From the NCBI GenBank assembly GCA_951406725.2, contig OX597815.1, positions 95,542,001-95,606,000 on the forward strand: a stretch of 64,000 nucleotides of DNA, written 5' to 3'. The DNA is from Octopus vulgaris (taxonomy: Eukaryota). The notes beneath the pieces were generated by a model that saw only the letters and a list, made by a program, of their open reading frames with translations, was not told the DNA's origin and did not search any database. Position numbers and translations under genes: made by a program. Of this stretch, positions 41,701 through 55,200 are shown in pieces (the stretch's first letter is position 1; the number at the start of each line of letters is the position of its first letter).

Positions 41701-43391
41701 AATTTTATCTTCGCGTATATATATATATATATGTGTGTGTGTGTTTGTTCCGATGCACAGCCATCTATACAAGTTTGCTGAGAATGTTTAATACATGGAT
41801 AATCTTGAGAATGATTCATGGTAGATGAAAACATTACATTTGTGTATGTGTTTGGGTATATATGCCTGTGAGCATGAGAGTGAGCATTGAGAGATAGAAA
41901 AACTATGCAGCTGGGTTACCTCACTTCATGGCTGAAGCTTTTCTTCAGAGGAGTTTTAAAAGTCTCCAATTATATTCATTACTGAAGTTTAATCCCTTAA
42001 ACAAAAATTACTCAAATAACTTTATAGGGATTTTTGGTATTTTATTTAGTCGCCTCATATTTATAGATTTATAAATACGGTCTTTAATCTCAATCCATTA
42101 TACAAAATGCATTGGGACTGTTACTGAATTGAAAATTTAATCCATTCTGCTGTTCTTCGAACTTAAACCATTAGTTGATTAAACTTTTTACTCTTCTGTT
42201 GAGTGTATTTTTTCAATTGACTTCAGTTAAGTCATTCGATTAAGTAGTTAAATGAATGCTGAGACGCTGACAGCTTTTGAAAACAAGAAATATTCCCTTC
42301 TGTGCGCTGATTTGTGTTAAAGTTCAGAAATTTATTAAAACTTTCATGATTTTCTAGAGAACCTGTGATGAAATATGTTTAATAAATCATTAAATATGTT
42401 TGTAATTTATTTCATTGTCGATTGAAAACAATATATAACCTCGGGGTTTATTCCTTGATATAAAACAAAAAAGTAACAAACATAGCCATCGATTTTTCTA
42501 TTAGAATCGATACATCTGCAAAAATGGTACTTGTGTGTTTCCTTCAGATTTTTAGTGTAAGAATTCAAATTGCTTATATTCTAGTTCTTTCTATTTTCAA
42601 AATTTAAATCTGTGGTACACATAAACACACACACACACACGTATGTATATATGTATGTGTGTGTGTGCGTGTGTGTGTATGCATCTGTGTTTGTGTGCGT
42701 GTGTGTGTATGCATCTGTGTTTGTGTGTAAAGTTGTAAACTAAGGAGTTATTTGTTGTTCTTGCTCTTCTTAAGGACTCCATATATGTATTTTATCGAAA
42801 GTTTCGATTAGCGGAAATATATTTACTATGTCGCATTCATACGTTAATAGCCTCATAGCCTCACTATTCACGCAATACAGATATTGCAGAGGTCGATGTA
42901 ATGAAATCTAAGACCCCATAAACTAAATAGTTTTCGTGTCTTATGTACTCCGAATATTAATTGGTTCTCAACCAGTAATTAAGAAAAAAATATTGCTCAC
43001 AAAGATCATCAGAAAAACATTTGGAAAGGCTAATTTATTTCTAAATGCGAGAAATTAAAAACAGCAATTTATTATTATTACTATTATTATTATTATTCTA
43101 TGAATTACCAGTTTATAGAAAATGGACGACCTTTACGCTGGAACACTGCTTTGAAAGGTTTCAAATTACTCCATTAACTTGCGGTAAAATAAGTATATCG
43201 ATAAAATATGGCAAGCCATGAAAGTCAAGAAGAAAAGTTGTGTTAAAAATGAGTAACATGTCTGTATCTAAATATCACATGTTATTTTATTTCATATACC
43301 AATATACACACCAATATATACATATACATGCATACATACACACACTCAAGGACACACACACACAATGAACACACACACACTTATATATACA

Positions 43392-43442
<51 letters not shown>

Positions 43443-45349
43443 TTGTTATGTGTGTACGTGCGCGTATATACTGATAGATTGATAGATATATCATATAATC
43501 ATAAATTCATATGTGAGACATTTTTACTCTGCTTCAGACTCTATTTCGGTTAGAAAATGAGCTAACTCAACCAGAATATGATTTGAAATCAGAATTGCAT
43601 ACACAGTGAAGAAATTTTGTGGCTTATGTGCGTATTCTTCAAAATGATATAGAATGCTACCCTTTTCGTAAAAATACATTATACATCATTAATGTATATA
43701 TTTCCAATTTCAATTATGATATTTTGGAATGTTAAAAACTAAGTACGATATGCATTATGAATATAATAGAAAGTTGTAATAATCTGTTTACCATTATCCA
43801 TTTATAATTAAATATATGGTATCTAAGGAAATCTCTCTCTATATATGTTTTCTTCATGGTGTTTTAGGTTTACAAAATGCATGCTTCGAAAGGAGCTATT
43901 TGGTTTTCATTATGAATATCAGAATGGGACATTAACGTCAGTTTCAATAGTATGGAAATAATACAAAATCATTGCGATATTTCCTTCCGTTTTCTTTTTG
44001 TTATAATACATCTTTAATGAAAATATTAAAATAAAATCTTTATAGTTCTATATTCTAATGAAAGTATGCATTAATGAATTATTTACATTTCGATCTATTG
44101 AACAATATCTATATTTTTCGATAAGTATTTAATCTCATGCATTCATATTTACATCAATAAGCCATTGAAAGTTCACTTTATGTCTTATACGACTTATTAA
44201 TTTACTGGTATCTCATACATCCCACATAGAAATAAATACAAGGATTGTTAATAAAATTGTTAATACCTCTGTTACGTTGACAACATAAGCAATAACATAC
44301 CGAATTGCATATTTATATTTGTACTTGACTCTCATTCACTTAACTTTTCCTTTTCTTTTTCCAGCCGCAATGTCGCTTGTTCTTTTTTTTCTTTCCTTTT
44401 TCGTCTTCCAATCTTAAAATTAAATTCTTCGTTGCTACTAGTGTTACACGACAAAGAGTTTCTGAGGTACACCCTTATTTTTTTTGTTTTTATTCTATTA
44501 TAGTAAGTGTGTGGTAGCAATAGAACTTTGCCTAAGCCTTGTGAGACGGAAACTAATAAAAGTACTTGGGTCGTTTGACTAAAATTCTTCAGGTTGTGCC
44601 CCAGGATTACCACATTCTAGTGACTGAATCAAAAAGAAAAAGATAAAAAGATGTCATAGGAAAATTAATTTCAGTTAATTATGACTATTTGCTTGAAAGA
44701 TTATGGATAATAGGTACGTGTATTATATACACAACAATTGTCAACAATAAATGAGATAAACACTATGTTCTAATCATGTGACTGCTAGAATTAATCTAAA
44801 TTATAGCTTTTAATCATCTAATAATCAGGTTTAAAAAAAACACGTCTTCACGCTATGTTCTGTACGATTTTCTGTACGTGCTTATGGTAATGCCTATGTA
44901 TATATAGCGGTGAACCTTAAATAATGTTAAATGTAGTAAATATGAAAAACACTTGCAGCTTCATGCATAGAAATAAATCTAATTTCCTGTGGATGTTTCC
45001 CAATAAAGCGATTTAGTACAAAAATCACTTGGACCATTATATGGAAAGCAAACTGCATGAAGTTAATAATAATATATTAATTTGCGTATGTCTGAGATTT
45101 ATGAAAGAAATTAAAGGAAAATCAAATATTAACCAATGAGATATTGCAATAATACGATGTCCGTACATCTACTGTAATTTATGTTACACAATATTGGAAA
45201 TTAACTTATTTAATTTAAAATACATGCACGATTAGTACGTTTTTTGTGTGGCTTTTACTTTTAAACTTTTTTAAGTTCAATTGATTTCATATTTGGTATG
45301 TTGAAGTAGTTTTGCATGCCAATTATTGAAATACGATTATTTTTGCTAT

Positions 45350-45465
45350 AAGCAGTGCTTTTCTCATGGTCAGCCCTATGTTGGTCGTTCTAGATTTGGA
45401 AATCTCCTCATTCTAACACCAAATGGTAAAACCAAAAATATTGTTTATCCTGCTTCCTTGCAGTG
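45350..45465 (+). mobile_element. Helitron RepHel (PIF1 helicase) C-terminal fragment
   Basis: CFSHGQPYVGRSRFGNLLILTPNGKTKNIVYPASL matches the Helitron C-terminus FSHGQLYVA.SR....GKTKNIVY..AL. Confidence 0.85.
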
Positions 45466-46031
45466 GTCTCTAAATGTCACAGTGATTCACATTTCTTCAA
45501 ATGTGATACTCTGTGTTATAAAGTTGAAATTGTAGAATACCAGTCAATGTTTTATCACTATTTCCCTCTTTAGTTTTGGGCATCAGGCCCAATTATCCCC
45601 CTGTTGGAGCTAGCTTAAATGTCTGCATGGATTACGGCTTTTAAGCTAGTCAACGATAAATTTTGGTCCCGTTGTGTGAATTGCAGTGTCGTTATAATTT
45701 TCGAATATTTTTTTGTAACACAGTTGAAACATTCGCACCCGAGTCTTTCGCTTCTGTCGAAACACAGTACGAAAGATCTTACAATTAAAAAGCCGGATGG
45801 CTGAAACAAGTAAAAGAGTAAAAGAGTAATTTATAAGTCGATATGTACCACACTTATGCTAACAATGATTGCATGTGTTTTTATTTTGTGTTAAGAATTT
45901 GTCCGCCATCGGTGATCTCAAAAACAAGAAAAAAGCACACACAGACCCCAAACTTTTAATTGGCCCTAAGAGAGTAATATACTGATAATGTAGTGTCTTT
46001 GAATACTACTCCCATACAGAAAACACACACG

Positions 46032-46070
<39 letters not shown>

Positions 46071-46889
46071 ATGTATATGTGTGTGTGAATGTGTTTTATA
46101 TTCTATTCTTTTATTTTAATATCTTCAACCTTGTCCACTATGGAGCAGCTGCTAAAATGGATTGATCGATCAAATCGGCATCAGTATTTACATTTAATAG
46201 TTTCGTGCATATACTCTCAATCACTTTGGTCGAACTAAGACGTCGGCGGTTTATAATACATAAAAAAAAACTGAAAAACATTGTCAAGTGGTGTGAGAAA
46301 TATACAATTCGCATCCCAATATTCTTCCTGGACCACGTTTGCGCAGTGTATATATTAGAAAATATATATGTATATCGCATGCGCGCATGTGTGTGAATGT
46401 GTGCGCGCGTATGTGTTTGCATGTATGTATACATGTATGTATGCATGCATGTATTATGAATTCCTTTATGCGCGCGTGTGTGCACGTCTTCTTTCCTATT
46501 TTCTTCGTCGATGTGCATAACAGACGCTTAGTTCACTTTATAATTATAAATCTTACACCAAGTCTTTATACAAGATATACAATATTTGTGTTAATTTTCG
46601 TTTTTATAATTACATTTATTATATATCATTCCCATTTTATTTAGATTTTATGAGTGTCTTATTGTAACGTCCGCGGTATCAAACACCAGTATACACAAAT
46701 CACTACTTTTACTTGACATCCTATATCGCGTGTACTTTTCCTTCAAGTACTGTATCTATGACGTCAATATCTCATATAAACTGTCACTTTGTCTCGCAAT
46801 CTTTTCAACCGTAATAACAAAATATCTTTTGTAATTTGTATGTCTTGTTCAAGTAATTCGTCGCTACGATGTTAATAAAATTAAGTTGA

Positions 46890-47075
46890 TTTCAAATTTT
46901 GGCACAAAGCCAGCAACTCTGTGGGAGGGTGTAAGTCGATTATATCGTGTCGAGTGTTCAGATAGTGCTCATTTATCGTCCTCAAAAGGATGAAGGGCTA
47001 AATGAACGACAGCAGAATCTGAACGCATAATGTACAGGCGGACGAAACGCGGCAAAACCTTTTGTCCTCCGCTTT
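46890..47075 (-). mobile_element. SINE family A variant (decayed)
   Basis: tttcaaattttggcacaaagccagcaa..aagtcgattatatcg..aaaggatgaagggc..cagaatctgaac. Confidence 0.7.
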
Positions 47076-47194
47076 AAATACTGGTATCGGAATAATAACT
47101 AAAATTCATTTAGAGAATATTGTGCGAAGGTGCATGAGCTGAAACTAGAATCAATCAATCAATCATATATATATACATATATATATATATAGCT

Positions 47195-47320
47195 ACTCCA
47201 AACACGAACAAAGGGAAAACACAACAACGCGAGGATGTGGAGCATGTATAGTATAATTGTTCGCTCAGGAAAGGAAAGAAAGAAGGAGGATTGAAAGTTT
47301 CGAGCAGAGCTCTTCGTCGG
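47195..47320 (-). repeat. Second copy of the 29080 repeat family
   Basis: tccaaacacgaacaa..aacgcgagga..cgctcaggaaag..gtttcgagcagagctcttcgtcgg; minus core variant CCGACGA-a-gagc-tct-gctc-GAAAC. Confidence 0.65.
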
Positions 47321-47360
47321 ATACACACACACACACACATACACACACACACACACACAT

Positions 47361-47401
<41 letters not shown>

Positions 47402-47403
47402 GT

Positions 47404-47678
47404 GGAGGCGCAATGGCCTAGTGGTTAGGGCAGCGGACTCGCGGTCGTAGGATCGCGGTTTCGATTCCCAGACCGGGCGTTGTGAGTGTTTATTGAGCGA
47501 AAATACCTAAAACCTCCACGAGGCTCCGACAGGGGGTGGTGATCCCTGCTGTACTCTTTCACCACACCTTTCTCCCACTCTTAGCCACCAGGGTGGCGTC
47601 ATTCGAAGGCTAAAACAATGCGAACGCATTGTGACCAACGATGTGTAACAACATCTGATGGTCTGGTCGGTCACGTGA
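47404..47678 (+). mobile_element. tRNA-derived SINE family D
   Basis: A box TGGCCTAGTGG, B box GGTTTCGATTCC and a non-tRNA 3' body. Flanked on both sides by (TA)n. Confidence 0.88.
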
Positions 47679-47680
47679 TT

Positions 47681-47722
<42 letters not shown>

Positions 47723-47725
<3 letters not shown>

Positions 47726-47891
47726 AGGCGCCGTGGTCCAGTGGTTAGGGCAGCAGACACGCGGGCGGTTATACCAACGCACTTCCGATTCTCAGATCGG
47801 GCGTTGTGAGTGTTTATTGACCGGAAACACTTAAAGCTCCACTTGCAGACTGTTCCGTCGTTTGGATCAACTGGAACTCTCGTCATCGTGA
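47723..47891 (+). mobile_element. SINE family D second copy with a different 3' part
   Basis: Shares ggaggcg..gtggttagggcagc..cgggcgttgtgagtgtttattga..ctccac with the 47404 copy, then diverges. Confidence 0.82.
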
Positions 47892-47905
47892 TTCTATAGT
47901 GATAC

Positions 47906-47936
<31 letters not shown>

Positions 47937-47947
47937 CACACACACAC

Positions 47948-48005
<58 letters not shown>

Positions 48006-50394
48006 GCGTGTGCGTGTACGTGTGTGCGCGTGTGTGTGTGTGCGTGCGTGTGTGTATTCCATCTCCAGTTATAAGCCTTACCAGAGCTGTGAAATGGATG
48101 AAATGTTTCTGCTTTAACTCTTTGTGCTCTCAATATTTGACACCATTAACATGTCTGCTAGGCTTGAGAAGTACCTTATCATGTGTCCAGGTATTTCTGC
48201 TGCTTTCTTTCAATACCAACTCTCCAAAATTAGCAAGTGAAGATCCTTCTGCATGTACTCATTAGAAAGATATAGCAAATCTATTTATAAGTCGTGGTTA
48301 TGGATTGGCGAATAACGTGAATGCCATGTGGAAGAAATAAATTTGCTGATTCCATAAAAAAGGTGGTATTTTGTTTTATAGCTTTCAAAAAGTAATATTT
48401 CGAATAACGCTTTATGATGCAAGCGATTCACTCTTAACAAATGAAAAGGACAGTTGCAGTATTTTAGTTGGTAGAGATACACTTTTGTGTGCTTGTAACA
48501 TAAATACCTACAGTGAAATTTCAAATTGCATACATATATCAATTTCCTGCAAATCGTCTCTCAAATGTTACTTTGATCGTATACACCACTTAGAGAAATT
48601 ATTGTGGATTCTGCCTTTTGGGTCGAAAAATAATGTACTACTGCTGTACGGGACTCACGAATGTCAATTAACCTCACTTAAAAAACTGATGGTCTGCTTT
48701 ATTCAAAAACAATAGATAGAATTTAATGGTCATACATATTTTGGTGTACAAGAGAAAATATTATCAATACGTGTTTGGCGGATACTGTTCTCTGCATATT
48801 GGATACATCAAGAGAAATAAATAATTTTGTTTTAGTCCTTGTGTACCTCCTGATCAGTTGTGATTAAACAGAAACTATTACGAAAAACAGTTTTGCCAAG
48901 ACTGTATCGATGTTTTCTGCAGCATATTGGTTAGCAATTTTAATGCAGCTTGGTGTGAACCAGCGTGTGTTGGCTACTGTTTCTTGTAGGTCAAATGAGT
49001 ACCAATATTTAGATGGTATTTTAATTTAATTTCAGGTAAGTCTCAGTAAGATATTAAACAACAACGTAATACACATTTGAGATAATTTATCACGTCATAA
49101 AACATGTGATAAATATAATACACATTTGATTAAAATAGCAATAATAAATAACTTTCATCTTCTACAATCTCCTAAGTATGAAAGCAGGATTAATTCTATT
49201 ATGAAATATTCATGAGAAACATAAATAATTTTACATAGATTATAGTTGAAAGTGCACTCTTTGTAAATGACATTTTCTTTGAATCAAATTTCTTTTCTTT
49301 CTCCATTATTTCTATTTATGCTGGTTTACATTGGTAATCTATGGCCCACATCAAAGACGGGATTTATATTAATAGTGCAATTATTTAAGAATAAATCCAG
49401 TCATGTTCCTATTTGATGGGCTGCATGTCTTCTTCAGAAATCACTTGAGATTTACAACTAAGCAGATAATGTATTAAGACAGAATAATAAGGCTCGGTAT
49501 GTAAGCATGCAGAACACAGGTTAGAGTGAAATCCTTATAAACCGATGTTTATTATTACTTATAAAATATTTAGTCTCCTATTTTCTCATTATGCACAATC
49601 GGTGGGAGAAGACTGGCTGCGAAGTTTAACTTTTGTGATTCTAGATGGGGCTATATTGATTTTACGATGTTCTAAAATTCAGTCTCACACACGCCAGTTT
49701 TTATGTCACAACAGGGAGAAGAGGTACCACATCAGTCATTTGGCGCTGCCATCTATGCTATTGTTTATAATTGGGGTCTTTAGTTGATATTGTGTTTGGG
49801 GTATTGTCCTTCAACGAAGATGAGCCAACACCGCATTTGCCCGTTATATACCATTGATTCTTTCTGTTAAAGATGATACCATACGTTTCCAACTTTTTTA
49901 AAGTAATTATTTGAATCATCTCCTTTTACCTCCTAGCACGTCGTTCTTTTCTCCATTCAAGTGCGAGTAATATAGTTTCCTGGTCTAGTGTTTTCATGAC
50001 AGTTCGAATCAATAGACGCAAGTATATATATATATGGTTTCAATTCAATACAAGAAACAAAAACAACTTGTTCACTTACGCTGAAATTTGTCCGTCTAGC
50101 TTGCATATAATTCTCCTTCACATTCCATTACAATCACTCAATCTATACTTCTTTTCTAAGAAGATGATTTCTATAAACTATCCAGATTTCAAAACTGTAT
50201 AAAAGCATTCAAGTACGCAGATCTGTAGTCTTATACAGCATAGGATCTGCCTAATACTCCTTCAATCACTGCTTTTCTCAGAACCAGTTACTTATATACC
50301 CGTTCTCGCAGCCAACTAACAACTACACTTGTATATTCCAGGCGGTGATGTATTTGCTCATCCATATGTTTCTTCTGTGATTGTGACTACGTAC

Positions 50395-50628
50395 ATATTG
50401 GTTTCTGGATTTTCCAATATTTGTTCATGTACCGGGGAAGCTGTACCAGTTTCCCAAATTTTTGGCGTGTGTTGTTTGTCTTTTGTCTTCTGATGTAAAG
50501 ATCTAGATACATATAATCATATACAGTGGCGAAAATACCGGTAACTGTCTGTGGTTTTGGTGAAGTTTTATTAACTGGCAATTCACTGTTCTTCACACGT
50601 GCTAATTTGACCGGCTCGGGCATAAAAA
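50395..50628 (-). CDS. Candidate internal exon of an unidentified gene (234 nt, phase 1-1)
   Basis: tag|TTTTTATG...CCAATAT|gtacgt. Open frame VFMPEPVKLARVKNSELPVNK..YWKIQKPI, non-repetitive composition, length a multiple of 3. No homolog recognised. Confidence 0.35.
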
Positions 50629-51891
50629 CTAGCATGACAAACTATGGATGTATTTAATATTTTCCAATCTTTCTCAAAATATCTATTTCTATGACAACTT
50701 TTCGAAATGTTTGTTATTGCTATTATTCTTATTTAATGGTCATGTCCGTTGCTGACTTCTATAACACACACCGATTTAATTCTTTATGAGCTATTATAAT
50801 AGTGATACGATCTCCGAAGAATCATGAATTTTGAAAACAGCTTAAACTCATTAAAGACGGATAACTTTCTATTTCTGTGAATTTGAAATATTGATTCTTC
50901 GTGTGAAGTGAAAAAAAAATTTCAGTATGTCTAATATGATTCATATTAAAGCATAAATCTGGACTTCCTAAAGTCGTCGTAAAATAATTAATACGCACAA
51001 TGCAAGTGTGAGCATATTCCATTAGTTCTCGTTCATTCCAATCAAGTCACTGTTTTTGTAATATCGTTTCGAAGTTGTTGGTAATTAGTCCGGGTCTATA
51101 ACCAAATGTATCTCAATCGTCAACATGCAATCATTCTCCACAACTGTTCATAAGTACCCAATATGCTTCTTTTATATTTTTACAAGCGATCTCATATACG
51201 GAAGATTTGTTTGCTAATACTAACAGAATCAGTGACTAAGTATAGTTCCCTTTCTTCAAGATCCAGCCTCGGAACACCAGTAGTAATGCATGTAAGCAGA
51301 ATTTAACTGCGAAAATTCGACAAACATGTGGGAACTGCAATGGGATCATAACTAAATGCTACCTCAGCTGTATATCAAAAGAGATCTTGGAAATTATGTA
51401 CATACTAGTCAGTGGTTGTTCATGATAAATGTGATCCACTGTTTATTTCAAATGGCTCTTTAATACATACAGTATTTCTTTGAGTTTTTGGTCGATTAAC
51501 CCCTTGACAATATCAGTTAAATAAATATGGTATCACACGATTGTTATCTTGATATTTCCGCTTTTCTTTCTTTTGCTAGTATGTAACCGGCACCATTTCT
51601 TGCAATGTGTCTCTCTTTCTTTTAAGAGCGTAAATTACACGAGAACAGAAATGATCACGTCTTCTATTTTATTTCATCTTCATTTGATGTAAAATAAAGT
51701 TGTCTTCGTTGGCATTATTGTTTAGCCAATTGCCTTTATCGATAGAACAAACCTTTGGGAAATGCATTCATTCCAGCCTTCTTTCTTAATATGCGGGTAT
51801 GGAATGTAAGACGTACACCTGGTCAAACGATTGTGCAAAAGCTGTCTTGTTAGCTATTGTGATTATACTAATTATTGATTTTCCACATTTT

Positions 51892-52200
51892 GGTCTAAAC
51901 TTCATGTGTAAGTCTATATCCTCATATTCAGTCCTGGCACGTCATCTCTAAGTCTATGACTTCATATTTAGGTCTACTCCTTGATATGTTGATGTAAGCA
52001 TAATGATTTTGAAGCATAATACTTAATATGTAGTTACAAAACCTTACATTTAAGTTCAACGCTATAAATACATTTCTAAAACTTTATGTACAGATTAATA
52101 TATCCTATTTAGGCATAGAGATGTGTATTTAGATGTAAGACTTCACATATCGGTATAAACCTACCCATATTGGTCTAAGAATTCATGTTTATGTCTAAAT
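51892..52200. repeat. Degenerate ~20-bp minisatellite, ~15 units
   Basis: Units such as agtctatgacttcatattta, gatgtaagacttcacatatc and ggtctaagaattcatgttta; approximate consensus ggtctaagacttcatattta. Confidence 0.65.
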
Positions 52201-55200
52201 CGAAAATTATAGAAATACTTGAGCAATATCAAAAACAATACTCAATTTAAAAATATTGGATATATATGATAAATTAAATTATATGGAATTACTTTCTTTA
52301 ATATGTAGAGGAACTAATGACTACCATTGTATCAACTGATATTATTTTTATTTTCGGAAATAATTTTAGGAAAATTTATAAGCGAGAAAATAATCATTTA
52401 TCTTAATACGCATTTATATTTAAGTCTTGTTAAAAGAGTAAAAGCGTTTAACATTGATTATAAAAAAGGCAACCGAATAGAAAGAGTTTGTTGAAGAATT
52501 ATCATGTCATAAAAGTGATGCAAATTTCCTGCGAACAGCTTTTATATACTGGAGTAAGGTTTATATATATTAATACTCAGATACACTTTTAGTAACGTAC
52601 CCTGTAAATGTCAATGTTAAGTAACAATATGATTAAAAGTTTTATTCTGGTAATTAGTGGTATGATTCATGCTCAGAGAGATATCTCATTAATGAGTTTC
52701 TAAGCCAACAATATTCCCCATGGCCATGTATAGTCACCTGAATGAGAATAATTGGCCAATTATCCAACACAAGATAAGACAACATAGTAAAACTGAAAAG
52801 GTTAAAATTGAAGACAATTACGTTACTATATTTCTAGAGGCATTATTTACAACAATTACGAGCTTTAAATTATCTTTATAGTAACTACGTAATGTTTACG
52901 CTATGTTCGAGGAGGTTTATGTATTTTCAGACAGTTATGTAAGATACAACTGCAATCATCTCTACATATTATGCACACTTCCACTATTATGGTAAAACAT
53001 AATGTAAGAGGAAGAATAAACAAAATAACATTGAAATAAAAAGTATATTCTATATTTACAGTGGCTTCAGTTTACTAAAGACAGCTAATTTAATCAATCA
53101 TTTACATGCTAATATATCAAACTTCATTTCAAATGTACTTATATGTCATTACATTATATAACTGGCTCACATAAAGGAGTTAGCTAGGAAGATTGCTCAG
53201 TTGAATATTAAAGTTTTTGAAATATAGAAAGAATCTGATTTATGTTTCTTAATATCTAAGTACCAAAAAGGAATATTGTAATACATACTTCATTCCTTTC
53301 CAGAATAGTTCGACAGAAATATTGTATCAATTTGAAACATTTTATAACTATATCTGCCAGAAATTGGAAGCTTAAATAATAAATACGTTACATAATGTTG
53401 TTAGTCCTTTAAAATGCACAGATACAAAATAGGTCCCGTAAAGCTGAGTTTATAAATTGATGATTTTAAGCAAAGCAATATCTTGTATATCTTATTAATA
53501 TACAATGATAACTTTTCATTTCATGAACTTGAAATTAAAACAGAAATGCATGCAAATATCTGCTGACCACACTGATTTAAACTAACGTTATGCATTATTA
53601 CTATGCTTTATTATTGTAATTATTAACTGTCACCAGTAGTTCGCAGCAGTTTATATTCTGAAACAGTGGTACGATGAATGAAAAATATCTACCATCACAT
53701 ACTATCATTAGTAAAATAAAAGAATCCTCTCTCGGCATGGTTGAGCAGTGTTATATATGGTTTAAAATAATGCAATCTATGTAATTTTGCAGTTCACGTA
53801 GAGGAAGAGAATAAAAATAGACAAAATTGTATGAATTCATATATATAATTGGGTATTAGAAATATTGAAGACGAACGAAAACATGAAGTGTTAATAAAAT
53901 TGTTTTATGCAGAAATACCACATGAGACAGCGTTGAGATTTTTGATTTCTGGAATAAGATGTCTCTGTACTTATAAATGGTTGTGAATGCCATCGAACAG
54001 ATGGATATATCAAACAGTTGGTTATATCTATTAATACTCAGAAACTCATTTATTACCGAAACCAGTAAACGTCTATGTGAAGAAATATGATCAAAAGTTT
54101 TATTTGGCTAATTAGTGATACGATTCATGCTTAGAGAAGTATCTCATTAACTGATTTCTAAACATCCGCTTGGGTTACGGTTCACTTAAAAGTGGAATCA
54201 TATTCGCAAACCTGTAAAATGGCATCAATTTGAGTCTTCACCATCGTTGATTAAAATCGCGTATATTTCTTTTAACTGCTGCTTTGTGTTCAGGCATTAG
54301 ATGTTCGGCGCATAAACGAAGAACTTAGAAGAAGGTATATCCAACTGCTTACCGTTTTACCCTCATATTCGACAGACACAGGGAACATATGTTTTTGTGA
54401 ATTAGAACCTTAGCTGTCAAATGCTACATAAATGACGCAAAAAAATATGTTGTTGGCGCATATAGTGATTTGGAAAGGGTGGTGTTGTTTTAATATTTGT
54501 TTTACTATGTCAATATGTAAATTTTCTTTGTAGTCCGGATTGCTTCACGTACAAAATATCGCTTTCATCTATATGGTGTATTTGTTGAAGGAAGAAATGC
54601 GCAATGCTTATATAACCAACTTTCCTGAAATTACATAACATATGCTCCTTTGGGCAATCTGTTTAGTTTTATTTACTATATCTTTGTGGCCATTTATACA
54701 TTCATCTTATGTGCTTGATAAGCTACACCACTGTGTTGATTGTGCTTTCAAGATACTGTACAATAAAGAAAAGAAATAATCTTTTTTATAGTATTCCAGA
54801 TGATATTCTTGTGAACATGAGCTTACATTGATTTGCTGCCTTTGAAATATCGTTGTTTTAATGATATAAACGTCATTAAAGCGACTGACAAAATTACTTC
54901 CAGCAAATCAATTAAGCTAGTTATGTATGATCTGATGAAAAGCCTTCTGCAATATATCAAGGCATATAATATTTTCTTTTAACTATCTTAGCATGAACTA
55001 ATAGAATCTTATCAACAGGAAATGAAAGAATCGAATGTAGGATTTTGAAATAGATCCATTTGTATTCTAAACTGTCAATATTTAACTATCCTTTTCTATT
55101 GGATTGTAGAGAGAATTTTGTAGATGGATGTCTGCAAAAAATGGGACGGAGATATGTTATTTTTCACCCTTTGTGAATTGTTCCTCTACCGGTATAGAAA

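Noticed and set aside
47404-47480. tRNA-like sequence with A and B boxes
   Set aside because: It continues into a SINE body shared with the 47723 copy and lacks a proper acceptor stem and terminator.
54932-54965. CTGATGA followed by a gcctt/aaggc hairpin
   Set aside because: No GAAA after the stem.
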